A stretch of DNA of 64,000 nt. It comes from an uncultured Clostridia bacterium (GTDB taxonomy: Bacteria; Bacillota; Clostridia; Saccharofermentanales; Saccharofermentanaceae). Numbering within the stretch: position 1 is the stretch's first letter; the number at the start of each line of letters is the position of its first letter. The translations under genes and the position numbers were made by a program. The notes below the pieces were generated by a model. That model was given only the letters and a program-made list of their open reading frames with translations, ran no database searches and was not told where the DNA came from. Shown piece by piece: positions 1 to 9,050 of this stretch. The stretch spans positions 55,747 to 119,746 of the forward strand of contig CAMYXF010000002.1 in the NCBI GenBank assembly GCA_947303185.1. The letters are read 5' to 3'.

Positions 1-67
1 CACTGATATTCACCTCTGCAAAAGGACTATAGATTATGCAAATACCTGTAAACTTTGAGAATCTGAA

Positions 68-1600
68 TTAGAACGGTCTCATATCTCCCCTAATTATAAC
101 CTTCTCCCACTCGGTGGTGCGGAAAGAATATAAACTTCCTGCACCCTTACCGGCATAATCTTCAAACAATGAAGGATATTTATCGTCAAACTCACCCTCA
201 GCCAGAATTATTGCATCACATGCTAATTGTGCTGTTGAACCGGGATATTCAACCATATAAATTTCACCTGATAAAAAGTAAGGGAATACTGTAGGATTAT
301 GGCGGACGCATCTGTTTGCAACACGAATTGTCTTAACAGCTTCTGCAGTCTCCTGAGCCTGACGGAAATCGTCAGAATCAATTGAACCCAGATCCGGATA
401 GTGACCATAGTAAGTAAGAACATAATCATCAAGAGTTGAGTGATCAAACGCTTTTACTGTGGCTATCGAATCCATTGTCCCAATATTATCAGGATTGGAA
501 ATCCAATTAAGATAAACCAGACATGCTAAAGGATCAGAACAAGTCGACGGCATGTAAACATATCTGCTGTATTCCTCTATATAGTCTTCACTCCAGCATG
601 CATATTCACCTTCGGAATTCTCAAAAGTATTTACGGCAATATAATTTGCTTCCCTGCAATTAGCTTTCAATGAACTGATATGGGAATTATCACCATTCTC
701 ATACAGATAATCACACTGGCCGCAGAATGCACCTACATAACCGGATTCTATGGGTAAGTATGCATCCTTTGAATCAGGAACTATGTTATTAAAATCCGAC
801 GGAATCAGGTCTTCCAAGTACCACTCGTTTAAAACCTTAAGACCGTCAGAATAACCGGGCTGGGTAGCGCGGCAATATCCTTGAGTGAATACATTCATTT
901 CATCAATGTTCGTATCAAGAAATGAATCGATCAAAGGTTTGCAGCTGACATTAGGTTCATTATCTACCATAAAAGGTATCATTTCAGAAGCGTCTTCACC
1001 GAGCAAAAGATCTGCATTATCGCGGAAAGCGATAAGACAGTTATGGAACTCTTCACGCGTCGAAGGCACTTCAAGACCCAATTTATCCAGCCAATCTCCT
1101 CTTATGAATGTGATTCTTGTCTCGTTATATGGTCTTCTGGCCTTGAGATACCACACTTCAGAATAATCATCACTGCAATAGTGGATATTCTCTTCACCAA
1201 GCAAATCCGTAAGATACTGCATTGAAGAACCATAAGCATCAATATAAGATGCGATGTTTATGACCGAACCCATCCTGTAATAAGTAGTCAGGACATTATA
1301 GTCATAGGAATATGCAAGGTCAGGAACAACACCTGACGGCTGACCGTGAGTGGCGTAAGGAATGAATTCAACATTTATATTGCAGTCATTTAGAACGGAA
1401 TCATGGATATACTTCTCAAGCTCAGCATCAGTCGAGGAAGAAAGAACGCTTATCGTTCTTGTCTTGGAGAACTTCATTCCGTCAAAATCATTATTATTGG
1501 GTTTACAGGAACATAATGCAAAGGCAAACGACAAAACAAGGACCAGTGAAATTGTCCTCATAAGAAGAATTCTGAGATTTCTGCTTAATCTGTCAGCCAT
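68..1600 (-). CDS. ABC transporter extracellular solute-binding lipoprotein (carbohydrate-type)
   Basis: Hydrophobic signal ending in lipobox-like ALCSC; 'FIRGDWLDKLGLEVPSTREEFHNCLIAF' motif typical of family-1 SBPs. Start set at ATG 1600, overlapping the upstream stop; ATG 1561 is an alternative and the track start is 1639. Confidence 0.8.
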   Translation of the reverse strand: MADRLSRNLRILLMRTISLVLVLSFAFALCSCKPNNNDFDGMKFSKTRTISVLSSSTDAELEKYIHDSVLNDCNINVEFIPYATHGQPSGVVPDLAYSYDYNVLTTYYRMGSVINIASYIDAYGSSMQYLTDLLGEENIHYCSDDYSEVWYLKARRPYNETRITFIRGDWLDKLGLEVPSTREEFHNCLIAFRDNADLLLGEDASEMIPFMVDNEPNVSCKPLIDSFLDTNIDEMNVFTQGYCRATQPGYSDGLKVLNEWYLEDLIPSDFNNIVPDSKDAYLPIESGYVGAFCGQCDYLYENGDNSHISSLKANCREANYIAVNTFENSEGEYACWSEDYIEEYSRYVYMPSTCSDPLACLVYLNWISNPDNIGTMDSIATVKAFDHSTLDDYVLTYYGHYPDLGSIDSDDFRQAQETAEAVKTIRVANRCVRHNPTVFPYFLSGEIYMVEYPGSTAQLACDAIILAEGEFDDKYPSLFEDYAGKGAGSLYSFRTTEWEKVIIRGDMRPF

Positions 1601-3440
1601 ATACTTTACCCGTATAATAACCTTCAATTCTTGAGACATCAGATTTCAATCTACCGGCCCTGTCTGCTCTTCTGCCTTCATCAAATGCATAACAACCGGT
1701 TGACTCGCAATACCAGACAGAATATAACTTGCCCGTGATCACATCATATTCAATTATCACGCTTCCGTTTCCGATCAAAGCCTTAACATCATCAGACAGC
1801 ATAAGATCAACTACTGATGCGGAAGAATCAGGAACCAGTGAGTCGTAAGAAACGGCATAGAATGAATGTACCTTGGGATCCAGATTTACCTCATGCCAGT
1901 TGACACCCGTAACATTTGCAAAATCACTTAATTCGGAAATCTTCTGACCATAGTCAGCAGAATCCATGTCAGAAGTCATCGCTGCCCATGTTCCGTCAGA
2001 TGTCAGAGTATCGATATTGGATTGAAGAGCTATATAGATCTCGCCTGCCCTGCCGTCTAACCGGTCAAGTTCTTTTACTGCTTTATACTTCGGGTAGTAA
2101 TTCATTACAGACATAGCAAGGAACACTGCGCAAAGACCGAAGCAGCACAAACTAAATACATTGCTCAGGTTTATATTCTTTATCTTCTTATCACCGGCAG
2201 GATTTATCTTCTTATCAACATTAAAGTTGGCGAAAAGGATAAGCATAAACATGTTGTAAGGAAGCTCAGACAAATGATGTTCCTCAACACACGAGAATGC
2301 GCACACAGCGAGAATAACTGCTCCATAAAGATACTTCTTATGTTTTATCTGGATAGTTGTCATGCAAAGCAAATAGAACAACAATACCAGGACACCGTAA
2401 ATAATCAGGAGATTAATATAAGAACAGTCAAGGAAGTTATAGAATCCGTCGGCCGAAGAATCCATACCGTAATTTTGTATTCCGGATGAAAACAAATGGA
2501 TTCCGTGTTCAAGCATGCCTCTCTTAGCAAGACTCAATCGTCTGTGGAGCAGATCATTAAAAGTCATAAAGAAAGGACTTGATACCGTGAACAAAGCAGA
2601 AAACAAAATGCAGAAAGCAGCAAGGATAACATATGAATACTTTACGCACGCATTAAAGATCTTTATGACTATGTTTTCTTTAGCTTCCGATGCTGATTCT
2701 TTGGATTTATAATTTTTGGAAATCGATGGCCATATCTTCATAACTGCAGCACAGAAGAGCAAAATGAATATGCAAAGCAGAGCTGTCTTAGCCGCTGTCA
2801 GAGTGTAAATAAATATGTTAAGACCAGCAAGACCGAATATCTCTCCCCAGGTGATCTTTTTGCCACGCACCCAAAGATACGGAGCGATAATCCAGAAATA
2901 ATGCGCACCGAAATCCGTGGATGAAGAGTTGTTCATCTTCGATACGCTGAAAGTGTTATCTCCCAGTAGAACAAACTGACGTTCCTGATTGTCAGCAACG
3001 AATAAACCATAATTGTTCAAAAAAGTCTCGTAGAGGTTATTTACTATCATGACAAGGTTACCGCAGATACCTGAAAGAAGTATCTTATCGGCACTTACGC
3101 CCATACCGGCTACAGCAGCTGCAGAAGCAAGAAGCACAACATTGTTGCCCGTAACAAAATTGAATACGGCACCAAACACTATTGCCAAAAGCGGTAAAAC
3201 AGCCTTTTTCCTGTCTTCAAAATATGCAAATAAAACACGGCAGAGAGCAACCAGGGACAGACCAATGGTACCGACGACATATAACATATCCATAACCGGA
3301 AAATAAGACATGGTCAGTTTGCATGCGTAACTTGCAATAAACAAAAAGAGAGCAATGACAAAGATAATATCGACGACTTTTTTAGACTTCTTGCCGATAT
3401 CCGTAAGATCAAAATTCAATTGCTTTGAACTGCTGCCCAT
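1593..3440 (-). CDS. Wzy-like polysaccharide polymerase with extra soluble C-terminal domain
   Basis: Multi-TM protein with 'HRRLSLAK...FLDCSYINLLIIYG' loop motif seen in Firmicute Wzy proteins; about 165 aa hydrophilic tail after the last TM helix. Confidence 0.65.
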   Translation of the reverse strand: MGSSSKQLNFDLTDIGKKSKKVVDIIFVIALFLFIASYACKLTMSYFPVMDMLYVVGTIGLSLVALCRVLFAYFEDRKKAVLPLLAIVFGAVFNFVTGNNVVLLASAAAVAGMGVSADKILLSGICGNLVMIVNNLYETFLNNYGLFVADNQERQFVLLGDNTFSVSKMNNSSSTDFGAHYFWIIAPYLWVRGKKITWGEIFGLAGLNIFIYTLTAAKTALLCIFILLFCAAVMKIWPSISKNYKSKESASEAKENIVIKIFNACVKYSYVILAAFCILFSALFTVSSPFFMTFNDLLHRRLSLAKRGMLEHGIHLFSSGIQNYGMDSSADGFYNFLDCSYINLLIIYGVLVLLFYLLCMTTIQIKHKKYLYGAVILAVCAFSCVEEHHLSELPYNMFMLILFANFNVDKKINPAGDKKIKNINLSNVFSLCCFGLCAVFLAMSVMNYYPKYKAVKELDRLDGRAGEIYIALQSNIDTLTSDGTWAAMTSDMDSADYGQKISELSDFANVTGVNWHEVNLDPKVHSFYAVSYDSLVPDSSASVVDLMLSDDVKALIGNGSVIIEYDVITGKLYSVWYCESTGCYAFDEGRRADRAGRLKSDVSRIEGYYTGKVYG

Positions 3441-3470
3441 TAAACTCTTGTCATTCCTAAATAATTATTG

Positions 3471-3479
3471 ATTATAGCA
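3471..3479 (-). promoter_or_regulatory. Putative extended -10 promoter (TGCTATAAT) for the wzy-like gene
   Basis: Perfect TGnTATAAT directly after the pseG stop, 30 nt upstream of ATG 3440; no good -35. Confidence 0.45.
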
Positions 3480-4487
3480 TTAACTTAACAATCGTTCTGC
3501 CAATCTTTCAGCGCCCCGTCCGTCAACAAGATGCTGCATGTTATAAGACATCTTAGTTCTGGTATCAATATCAACAATTAGTTTCCTGATACACGATTCG
3601 AGATTTGATATGAACTTCTCATCAAACCTGCAATCTCCACTGTTATGCATGATTCCAAGCTTATCAAACAGTTTAGCTGCCGGGATCTGGTTATCAGCCA
3701 ACGTATAAACGATAGTCGGAACACCGCAGGCACAAAGTTCATAAAGAGTCGAACCTGAAGCCGACACAGCTATATCGCAGACTCTCATAAGATCTGCGAT
3801 ATGCTGTTCATTTACATGAAGGACCACATTTCCCTTCTCCATCTTCTTGATCTCATCTATTCTGGGATTTAACGCACCGATTATAAAATGAAATCTGATT
3901 GACGGAAGCAAAGGACAAATCTCACTAATAATCCTCTCTGAAATACGTGCAGGATCAGAACCTCCTGCAGAAACAAGAATATCAGTAACGCTATCCTTAT
4001 TTTCATGCGGAGCCTGATTCCTGAATTCATCACGAAGCGGAGCAAATTCAGGTGTCAGTAAAAGCTTGGTCTTAGTATTCTCATATCCTGAATAATAATA
4101 TTCTGATGCAAAGACATTGTAGTTGATAAGGAAATCAACATCCCAGACCTTTTCATTCAGATCGTCGACATAAGCTGTCTTTACAAGTTTTCCCAGTTCA
4201 GCAAAGTAGCGTTCCGTTACGAAATAACTGTCAATAATAAGCAACGAAGGATTATATAAAGATACGATTGAAGTAAGTTTATTTATCTCACCTTCCATGT
4301 CGGAAAAATCAGTATCAAGGACCTCACAATCAAAGCCTTTGGAAGATATAAGAACATAAGATTTAGTATCAGCAGTAACAAATCTTACTGTCTCACCTTT
4401 AGCTTTAAAAGCAGATGCAACAGACAGACAGCGCATGACATGTCCGGAACCGGTCTTCTCATTCGCATCTGCCCTGATCAGTATCAC
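3480..4487 (-). CDS. pseG: UDP-2,4-diacetamido-2,4,6-trideoxy-beta-L-altropyranose hydrolase (PseG/SpsG family)
   Basis: N-terminal 'IRADANEKTGSGHVMRCL', 'SAGGSD', 'SGSTLYE', 'ADNQ', 'VDGRGAER'; adjacent to pseH and pseI. Confidence 0.88.
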   Translation of the reverse strand: MILIRADANEKTGSGHVMRCLSVASAFKAKGETVRFVTADTKSYVLISSKGFDCEVLDTDFSDMEGEINKLTSIVSLYNPSLLIIDSYFVTERYFAELGKLVKTAYVDDLNEKVWDVDFLINYNVFASEYYYSGYENTKTKLLLTPEFAPLRDEFRNQAPHENKDSVTDILVSAGGSDPARISERIISEICPLLPSIRFHFIIGALNPRIDEIKKMEKGNVVLHVNEQHIADLMRVCDIAVSASGSTLYELCACGVPTIVYTLADNQIPAAKLFDKLGIMHNSGDCRFDEKFISNLESCIRKLIVDIDTRTKMSYNMQHLVDGRGAERLAERLLS

Positions 4488-4490
4488 TTA

Positions 4491-4979
4491 TCAAACCTCA
4501 AATCCGTAAACAGTAAAAGGTCCGTTTGTTCCAATCTCACTGAATCCCAGTCTTTCAACTAATGCTATTGAAGGCTTGTTGTCGTTATGTATCTCAGCTA
4601 TCACTTTCTTAACCGACCATTTGGCAACAGCATAACCTGCAAGACACATAACTCCTTCAGTTGCATAACCCTTATGCTGAGCATCCGGTGAAAGCAGATA
4701 ATTAACTTCTGCCGTATCACCATCAATCACAATGCCGAATACACCGACACGATCACCCGATTCACTCTCGATACACATCCAGTCATATCTTGAATCATTA
4801 TTCAGATATGAATCCTTATACCAATTAAGATGCTCTTCAAGGCTGATCTTGTGAGGATTTTTAAAATAGCGGTATACATCAGGATCAGAACGCCACTCAA
4901 CAATGAGCTCGGCATCCTTGTCTGTAATTTCACGGAAGGTCAGTCTGTCAGACTCAATAACATCAATATCTTTAGCCAT
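4491..4979 (-). CDS. pseH: GNAT N-acetyltransferase, PseH-like
   Basis: 'IVEWRSDPDV...ISLEEHLNWY', 'QHKGYA', 'NKPSIALVERLGF'; lies between pseI and pseG. Confidence 0.75.
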   Translation of the reverse strand: MAKDIDVIESDRLTFREITDKDAELIVEWRSDPDVYRYFKNPHKISLEEHLNWYKDSYLNNDSRYDWMCIESESGDRVGVFGIVIDGDTAEVNYLLSPDAQHKGYATEGVMCLAGYAVAKWSVKKVIAEIHNDNKPSIALVERLGFSEIGTNGPFTVYGFEV

Positions 4980-4983
4980 AATG

Positions 4984-6024
4984 TCACTCTAATTCATCCA
5001 GGAATTCCTGAGTAATGGGCTGTCCGAACTTTACGGCAGACTTTGCTTTCTTACCAAGCATCTGTTTAAGATACTTAGGCCTTATACCATTACTAGGCCT
5101 TACACTCCTGACGTTTTCATTTGTTATCTCGTCACCAACATTAATATCTTTAACTGCAAAAAGACTGCGTCTGAAAACTGTTGAAGCCTGTTCTTTTTCA
5201 GAAAGTGAATAATCAGGACCTCTAGAAATTGCACGGGCATTGTTGGCATCTTCTACCATCTTTGCAAACCCGTCCATGGTCATGCTGAAAGCACTGTCAG
5301 CGCTTTCAACGCCATCGATCTTAACATGCTTCTCAATTACCTGTGCACCTAAAGAGACAGCGACTACAGCTCCAATACTTCCGAAACTGTGATCTGAAAG
5401 ACCAACAGGAACACCGAATCTATTCTTCATATCAGGAATGTTTCCTAAATGCATGTCTTCCCAGTTAGCAGGATATTCACTGCAGCATTTAAGAAGGACA
5501 ATCTGATCATTGCCAACTCTTCTGCAGGCATCTACGGCATCCTGAATGTCTTCAGGAGTAGCCATTCCGCATGACATAATCATCGGCTTGCCTTTTGAAG
5601 CCGTATATTCGATCAAAGGAACATCATTAAGTTCAAAGCTTGCAATCTTATATGCTTCAACGCCAAGTTCTTCAAGGAAATCAACAGCTGCAGGATCAAA
5701 AGGCGTCGAGAGGAAATCCACTCCGCACTTCTCACATTCTTCTTTAATAGCCTTATGCCACTCATATGGAGTTCCGGCTTCCTTATAAAGATCATGGAGC
5801 TTATAACCGTCCCAAAGACCGCCCTTTATCTTAAAGTATTCGTTATCACAATCGATGGTAATGCTGTCAGCAGTATAGGTCTGGATCTTAACACAGTCGG
5901 CACCGGCCTTTGCGGCTTCACGCACTATCTGAAGTGCAGTATCAAGACTTCCGCCATGATTGGCACTCATCTCTGCGATTACGTAGATACCGCCTTTGTT
6001 TATCTTTTTAAATATGTGAAACAA
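4984..6024 (-). CDS. pseI: Pseudaminic acid synthase (NeuB family)
   Basis: 'IAEMSANHGG', 'KIQTYTADSIT', 'YKIASFE', 'GLSDHS', 'IEKH' and C-terminal 'RRSLF' SAF domain; QTYT and KIASFE are PseI-type. Confidence 0.92.
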   Translation of the reverse strand: MFHIFKKINKGGIYVIAEMSANHGGSLDTALQIVREAAKAGADCVKIQTYTADSITIDCDNEYFKIKGGLWDGYKLHDLYKEAGTPYEWHKAIKEECEKCGVDFLSTPFDPAAVDFLEELGVEAYKIASFELNDVPLIEYTASKGKPMIMSCGMATPEDIQDAVDACRRVGNDQIVLLKCCSEYPANWEDMHLGNIPDMKNRFGVPVGLSDHSFGSIGAVVAVSLGAQVIEKHVKIDGVESADSAFSMTMDGFAKMVEDANNARAISRGPDYSLSEKEQASTVFRRSLFAVKDINVGDEITNENVRSVRPSNGIRPKYLKQMLGKKAKSAVKFGQPITQEFLDELE

Positions 6025-6057
6025 TTTAATACTCCTGAACTAATTGCTATAAGACAG

Positions 6058-7347
6058 TTATTTAATATTTCTCTTAAATACCGGATCTACTTTTCCGCCT
6101 ATGAGGATATCGTCAACCGAATCCTTATCAACAGCCTGACGGATCAGTGCAAAAGCTTTATCTGTCGCATCAAGATATGCTTTAGCTTCTGCCTCTGTAT
6201 GATGGGAATTCAGGAAATATATTGCAAAAACAAGAATTCCATTCTGAATCATTGTCTGCGAATATACCGACTGGATATCAAGGTAAGACAGTGAGCCATG
6301 GCCTTCAAAGGCAATTCCGCAATGGGCAGGCATACCGCTGACTGAAAGGATATCGTTAAGATCATACTTATCGATCCTTTCCTGGATACCGTCTCTCATC
6401 ATCGTACCTATCTTATTGATATGGTCATAAAAACCAGGGGTTGAAAGAATCTCAAGTGTTGCAAGAGATGCGGCCATCGCTATGCTGTCTCCGCCAAACG
6501 TTGTGGAAACAAATACTCCCTGCTCGATCTGCTCAAGAAGATCTCTTCTTCCTGCGACAGCCGAGATAGGATATCCGTTTGCCATTCCTTTACCGAAAGC
6601 TACGAGGTCAGGAGATACTCCAAATACTTCCTGAGCTCCGCCAAGCGCATAATGGAAACCGGATACTACTTCATCAAAGATCAGAATAGCACCGTATTTA
6701 TGGGCTAATTCTTTTACACCATTAAGATATCCGTCCTTAGGACCGTTACTTTGAATGGGTTCAAGAATAACAGCAGCTACATCATTAGCCTTAAGTTTAT
6801 TCTCAAGATCTTCAAGATCGTTATATGTGAAATTAATGGTAAGATCGCATACTGCTTTAGGTACACCCTTATTATTCTGTGACGCACCGATAGACCAGTC
6901 ATGCATTCCGTGATAACCGGACATGAGAACGATATCTCTGCCTGTATAAGCTCTGGCCAGACGGACAGCTGCTGTAGTTGCATCACCGCCGTTTTTAACA
7001 AAGCGCACCATTTCAGCACACGGTATTATCTCACAAAGTTTTTCAGCAAGTTCAACTTCAAGTTCTGACTGCAAAGAACCGCTGGCGAACTTATTAACCT
7101 GTGATATAACAGCAGCATTTACTTCAGGATCATTGTAACCAACTGTAATTGGACCCAATGCGCACATAAAATCTATGAATTTATTACCGTCTACATCATA
7201 GATATAGCATCCTTCACCGTGATCCATATAACTCGGAGCTGCTCCCCTGCAGAAATAACGGTAAGACTTGCTGTATGTCTGGGCAGCAAGCGGAGAGACT
7301 TTTACTTCTCTTTCAAGAAGGGCTTCAGAATTTTTAAAACTTTGCAT
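6058..7347 (-). CDS. Class-III PLP aminotransferase (glutamate-1-semialdehyde aminomutase-like) within nonulosonate cluster
   Basis: 'YIYDVDGNKFIDF', 'GYHGMHDW', 'LIFDEVVSGF', 'FGKGMANG' (PLP lysine), 'STTFGG'. Confidence 0.85.
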   Translation of the reverse strand: MQSFKNSEALLEREVKVSPLAAQTYSKSYRYFCRGAAPSYMDHGEGCYIYDVDGNKFIDFMCALGPITVGYNDPEVNAAVISQVNKFASGSLQSELEVELAEKLCEIIPCAEMVRFVKNGGDATTAAVRLARAYTGRDIVLMSGYHGMHDWSIGASQNNKGVPKAVCDLTINFTYNDLEDLENKLKANDVAAVILEPIQSNGPKDGYLNGVKELAHKYGAILIFDEVVSGFHYALGGAQEVFGVSPDLVAFGKGMANGYPISAVAGRRDLLEQIEQGVFVSTTFGGDSIAMAASLATLEILSTPGFYDHINKIGTMMRDGIQERIDKYDLNDILSVSGMPAHCGIAFEGHGSLSYLDIQSVYSQTMIQNGILVFAIYFLNSHHTEAEAKAYLDATDKAFALIRQAVDKDSVDDILIGGKVDPVFKRNIK

Positions 7348-7373
7348 ATCTATACCTCCACAAGAAAAGCAGA

Positions 7374-8147
7374 TTACTTCCCTGCTTCTACTATGTGATC
7401 TTCACGAATGGATTTCTCCAAGCCTTCATTGCGCGTAAAACGCTCATTGATCTTCTTTACATCGGGATTCTCTTTCATAAAATCAAGAATATCCGTATAT
7501 GTAAATTCATCTCCCTTATCAGTAGATAAGAAATGACGATAAATATGTTCAACGACTTCAAAGTCTTCGGGTTCATCTACAGTCCAGCGGTGATTGCCAA
7601 AGTATCCGATCGGAGACTCAAAATTCTGAAGTTTAAATACCTCAGGTCTTCTGACTATGAACTGGGTGACATGTTCACGTTCAAAAGAATGCACAGCCTC
7701 TTTCCATGCCTTCTCAAGTGCAGAGAACTTCATGATCTCAAGATCGAGACCATCTGCAAAAGATTCACTCGTCATAGCCATATAATCAGAATCAGGCTTT
7801 AATTCACTGATTGCTTTATCTAACAGGCCTGCATCAAAGCAGGGACAATCAGCAGTAAGACGAATTACATATTCAGGTCTGATAAGTTTGGCTGACTGAT
7901 AAAAACGGTCAAGAACATCATCTTCAGAACCTATGCCTACCCGGATACCGATATCAGAGCAAAGCTTAAGTATAGGCAGGTTATTCTTTTCTATAGAAGT
8001 AACAACCATTACCTCATCAACCATTTTGCTTCTTTGAACACGCTCGATCATACGCTGGAGAGCGGGTTTACCGCAAAGGTCCTTTAAAACTTTATTGGGC
8101 AATCTTGTTGATCCGCATCTTGCCTGGATCATAACCAAATATTTCAA
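7374..8147 (-). CDS. Cytidylyltransferase, SpsF family (probable CMP-nonulosonate synthetase, PseF role)
   Basis: 'IQARCGSTRLPNKVL', 'GSEDDVLDRF', 'RLTADCP', 'REHVT', 'RWTVDEPED'. Confidence 0.85.
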   Translation of the reverse strand: MKYLVMIQARCGSTRLPNKVLKDLCGKPALQRMIERVQRSKMVDEVMVVTSIEKNNLPILKLCSDIGIRVGIGSEDDVLDRFYQSAKLIRPEYVIRLTADCPCFDAGLLDKAISELKPDSDYMAMTSESFADGLDLEIMKFSALEKAWKEAVHSFEREHVTQFIVRRPEVFKLQNFESPIGYFGNHRWTVDEPEDFEVVEHIYRHFLSTDKGDEFTYTDILDFMKENPDVKKINERFTRNEGLEKSIREDHIVEAGK

Positions 8148-8151
8148 ATAA

Positions 8152-9048
8152 TCACCTCTTAACCCAAAGACTGGGAATAATCAAATCAGCAGAAATGCCG
8201 GAGAATTTAGTATCTATCTCATCAAAGATACTCTCATCTATATCTTTCCGGAATGAAGCTATATCCATCTTTAACTGTTCAATGTCTCTGACGCCAAAGA
8301 CAAGGTGATCTACAGCTTTCTCACGTTTTACATAACCCATGGCAAGATCAATACGGGAATACCCGGTCTGCTCACAGATCTTATCCAGCTCGGATAAGAT
8401 GGGTTTAGCCTTAATAAGGTTTTCAGGAATCTCATCATCTCTTAAGCGGATAAGTCCCTTAACAAAAACGGTACGGACATCAATATTAAAGCCATTGTCT
8501 TTACCTGTTTTAAATACACCGGATTCTTTCATCCTGTGATCGAAAATGCTGTAAGGCGCCTGAATACAGTTAATATTCGAATTGGTAAAACAAGCCATTG
8601 CCTCATCAGGATAATAAACAGATACGCCGACCTTTTTGGCAAGGCCTTCCTTCTGCATTACACTGATAGCTTCCAGAAGTTCAGGATCAAATGCATATCT
8701 GGAACTATGAAAATAATAAGCATCTACATAATCAGTATTAAGGGTTGCAAGTGATTTCTGAAGATTACTGCGGATTACATCAACATAATCTTCTTTCCTG
8801 CAGTCATCAAGAACATTCGGAAGATGCTTTGTACTTATATAAAGCTTCTCTCTGTTTATTGTCTTACGGGAGAGAAATTCACCGACTATTCTCTCAGCGT
8901 CACCATAAGCCGTAGCGGTGTCTATCGCATTAATGCCGTTCTGAGTAGCATAATCAAGACAGGAGATACAGTATTCGGGATCCTTTTTGGGTGTATTAAA
9001 CACACCATAATCCATACCAAACTGAACAGTACCTAAACACAGTTCCAT
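8152..9048 (-). CDS. Aldo/keto reductase
   Basis: 'LCLGTVQFGMDYG', 'IDTATAYGDAERIVG', 'ISTK', 'YVDAYYFH', 'GVSVY'. Confidence 0.88.
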   Translation of the reverse strand: MELCLGTVQFGMDYGVFNTPKKDPEYCISCLDYATQNGINAIDTATAYGDAERIVGEFLSRKTINREKLYISTKHLPNVLDDCRKEDYVDVIRSNLQKSLATLNTDYVDAYYFHSSRYAFDPELLEAISVMQKEGLAKKVGVSVYYPDEAMACFTNSNINCIQAPYSIFDHRMKESGVFKTGKDNGFNIDVRTVFVKGLIRLRDDEIPENLIKAKPILSELDKICEQTGYSRIDLAMGYVKREKAVDHLVFGVRDIEQLKMDIASFRKDIDESIFDEIDTKFSGISADLIIPSLWVKR

Positions 9049-9050
9049 AA

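Noticed and set aside
5755..6294. 179-aa plus-strand ORF and other antisense ORFs (e.g. 20682-21149, 31276-31704, 52015-52431, 54629-55105)
   Set aside because: Shadow ORFs opposite well-supported genes; no recognisable motifs.
6058..7347. Calling this gene hemL
   Set aside because: No tetrapyrrole genes nearby, and it is embedded in the nonulosonate cluster; the fold is shared but the function is probably different.
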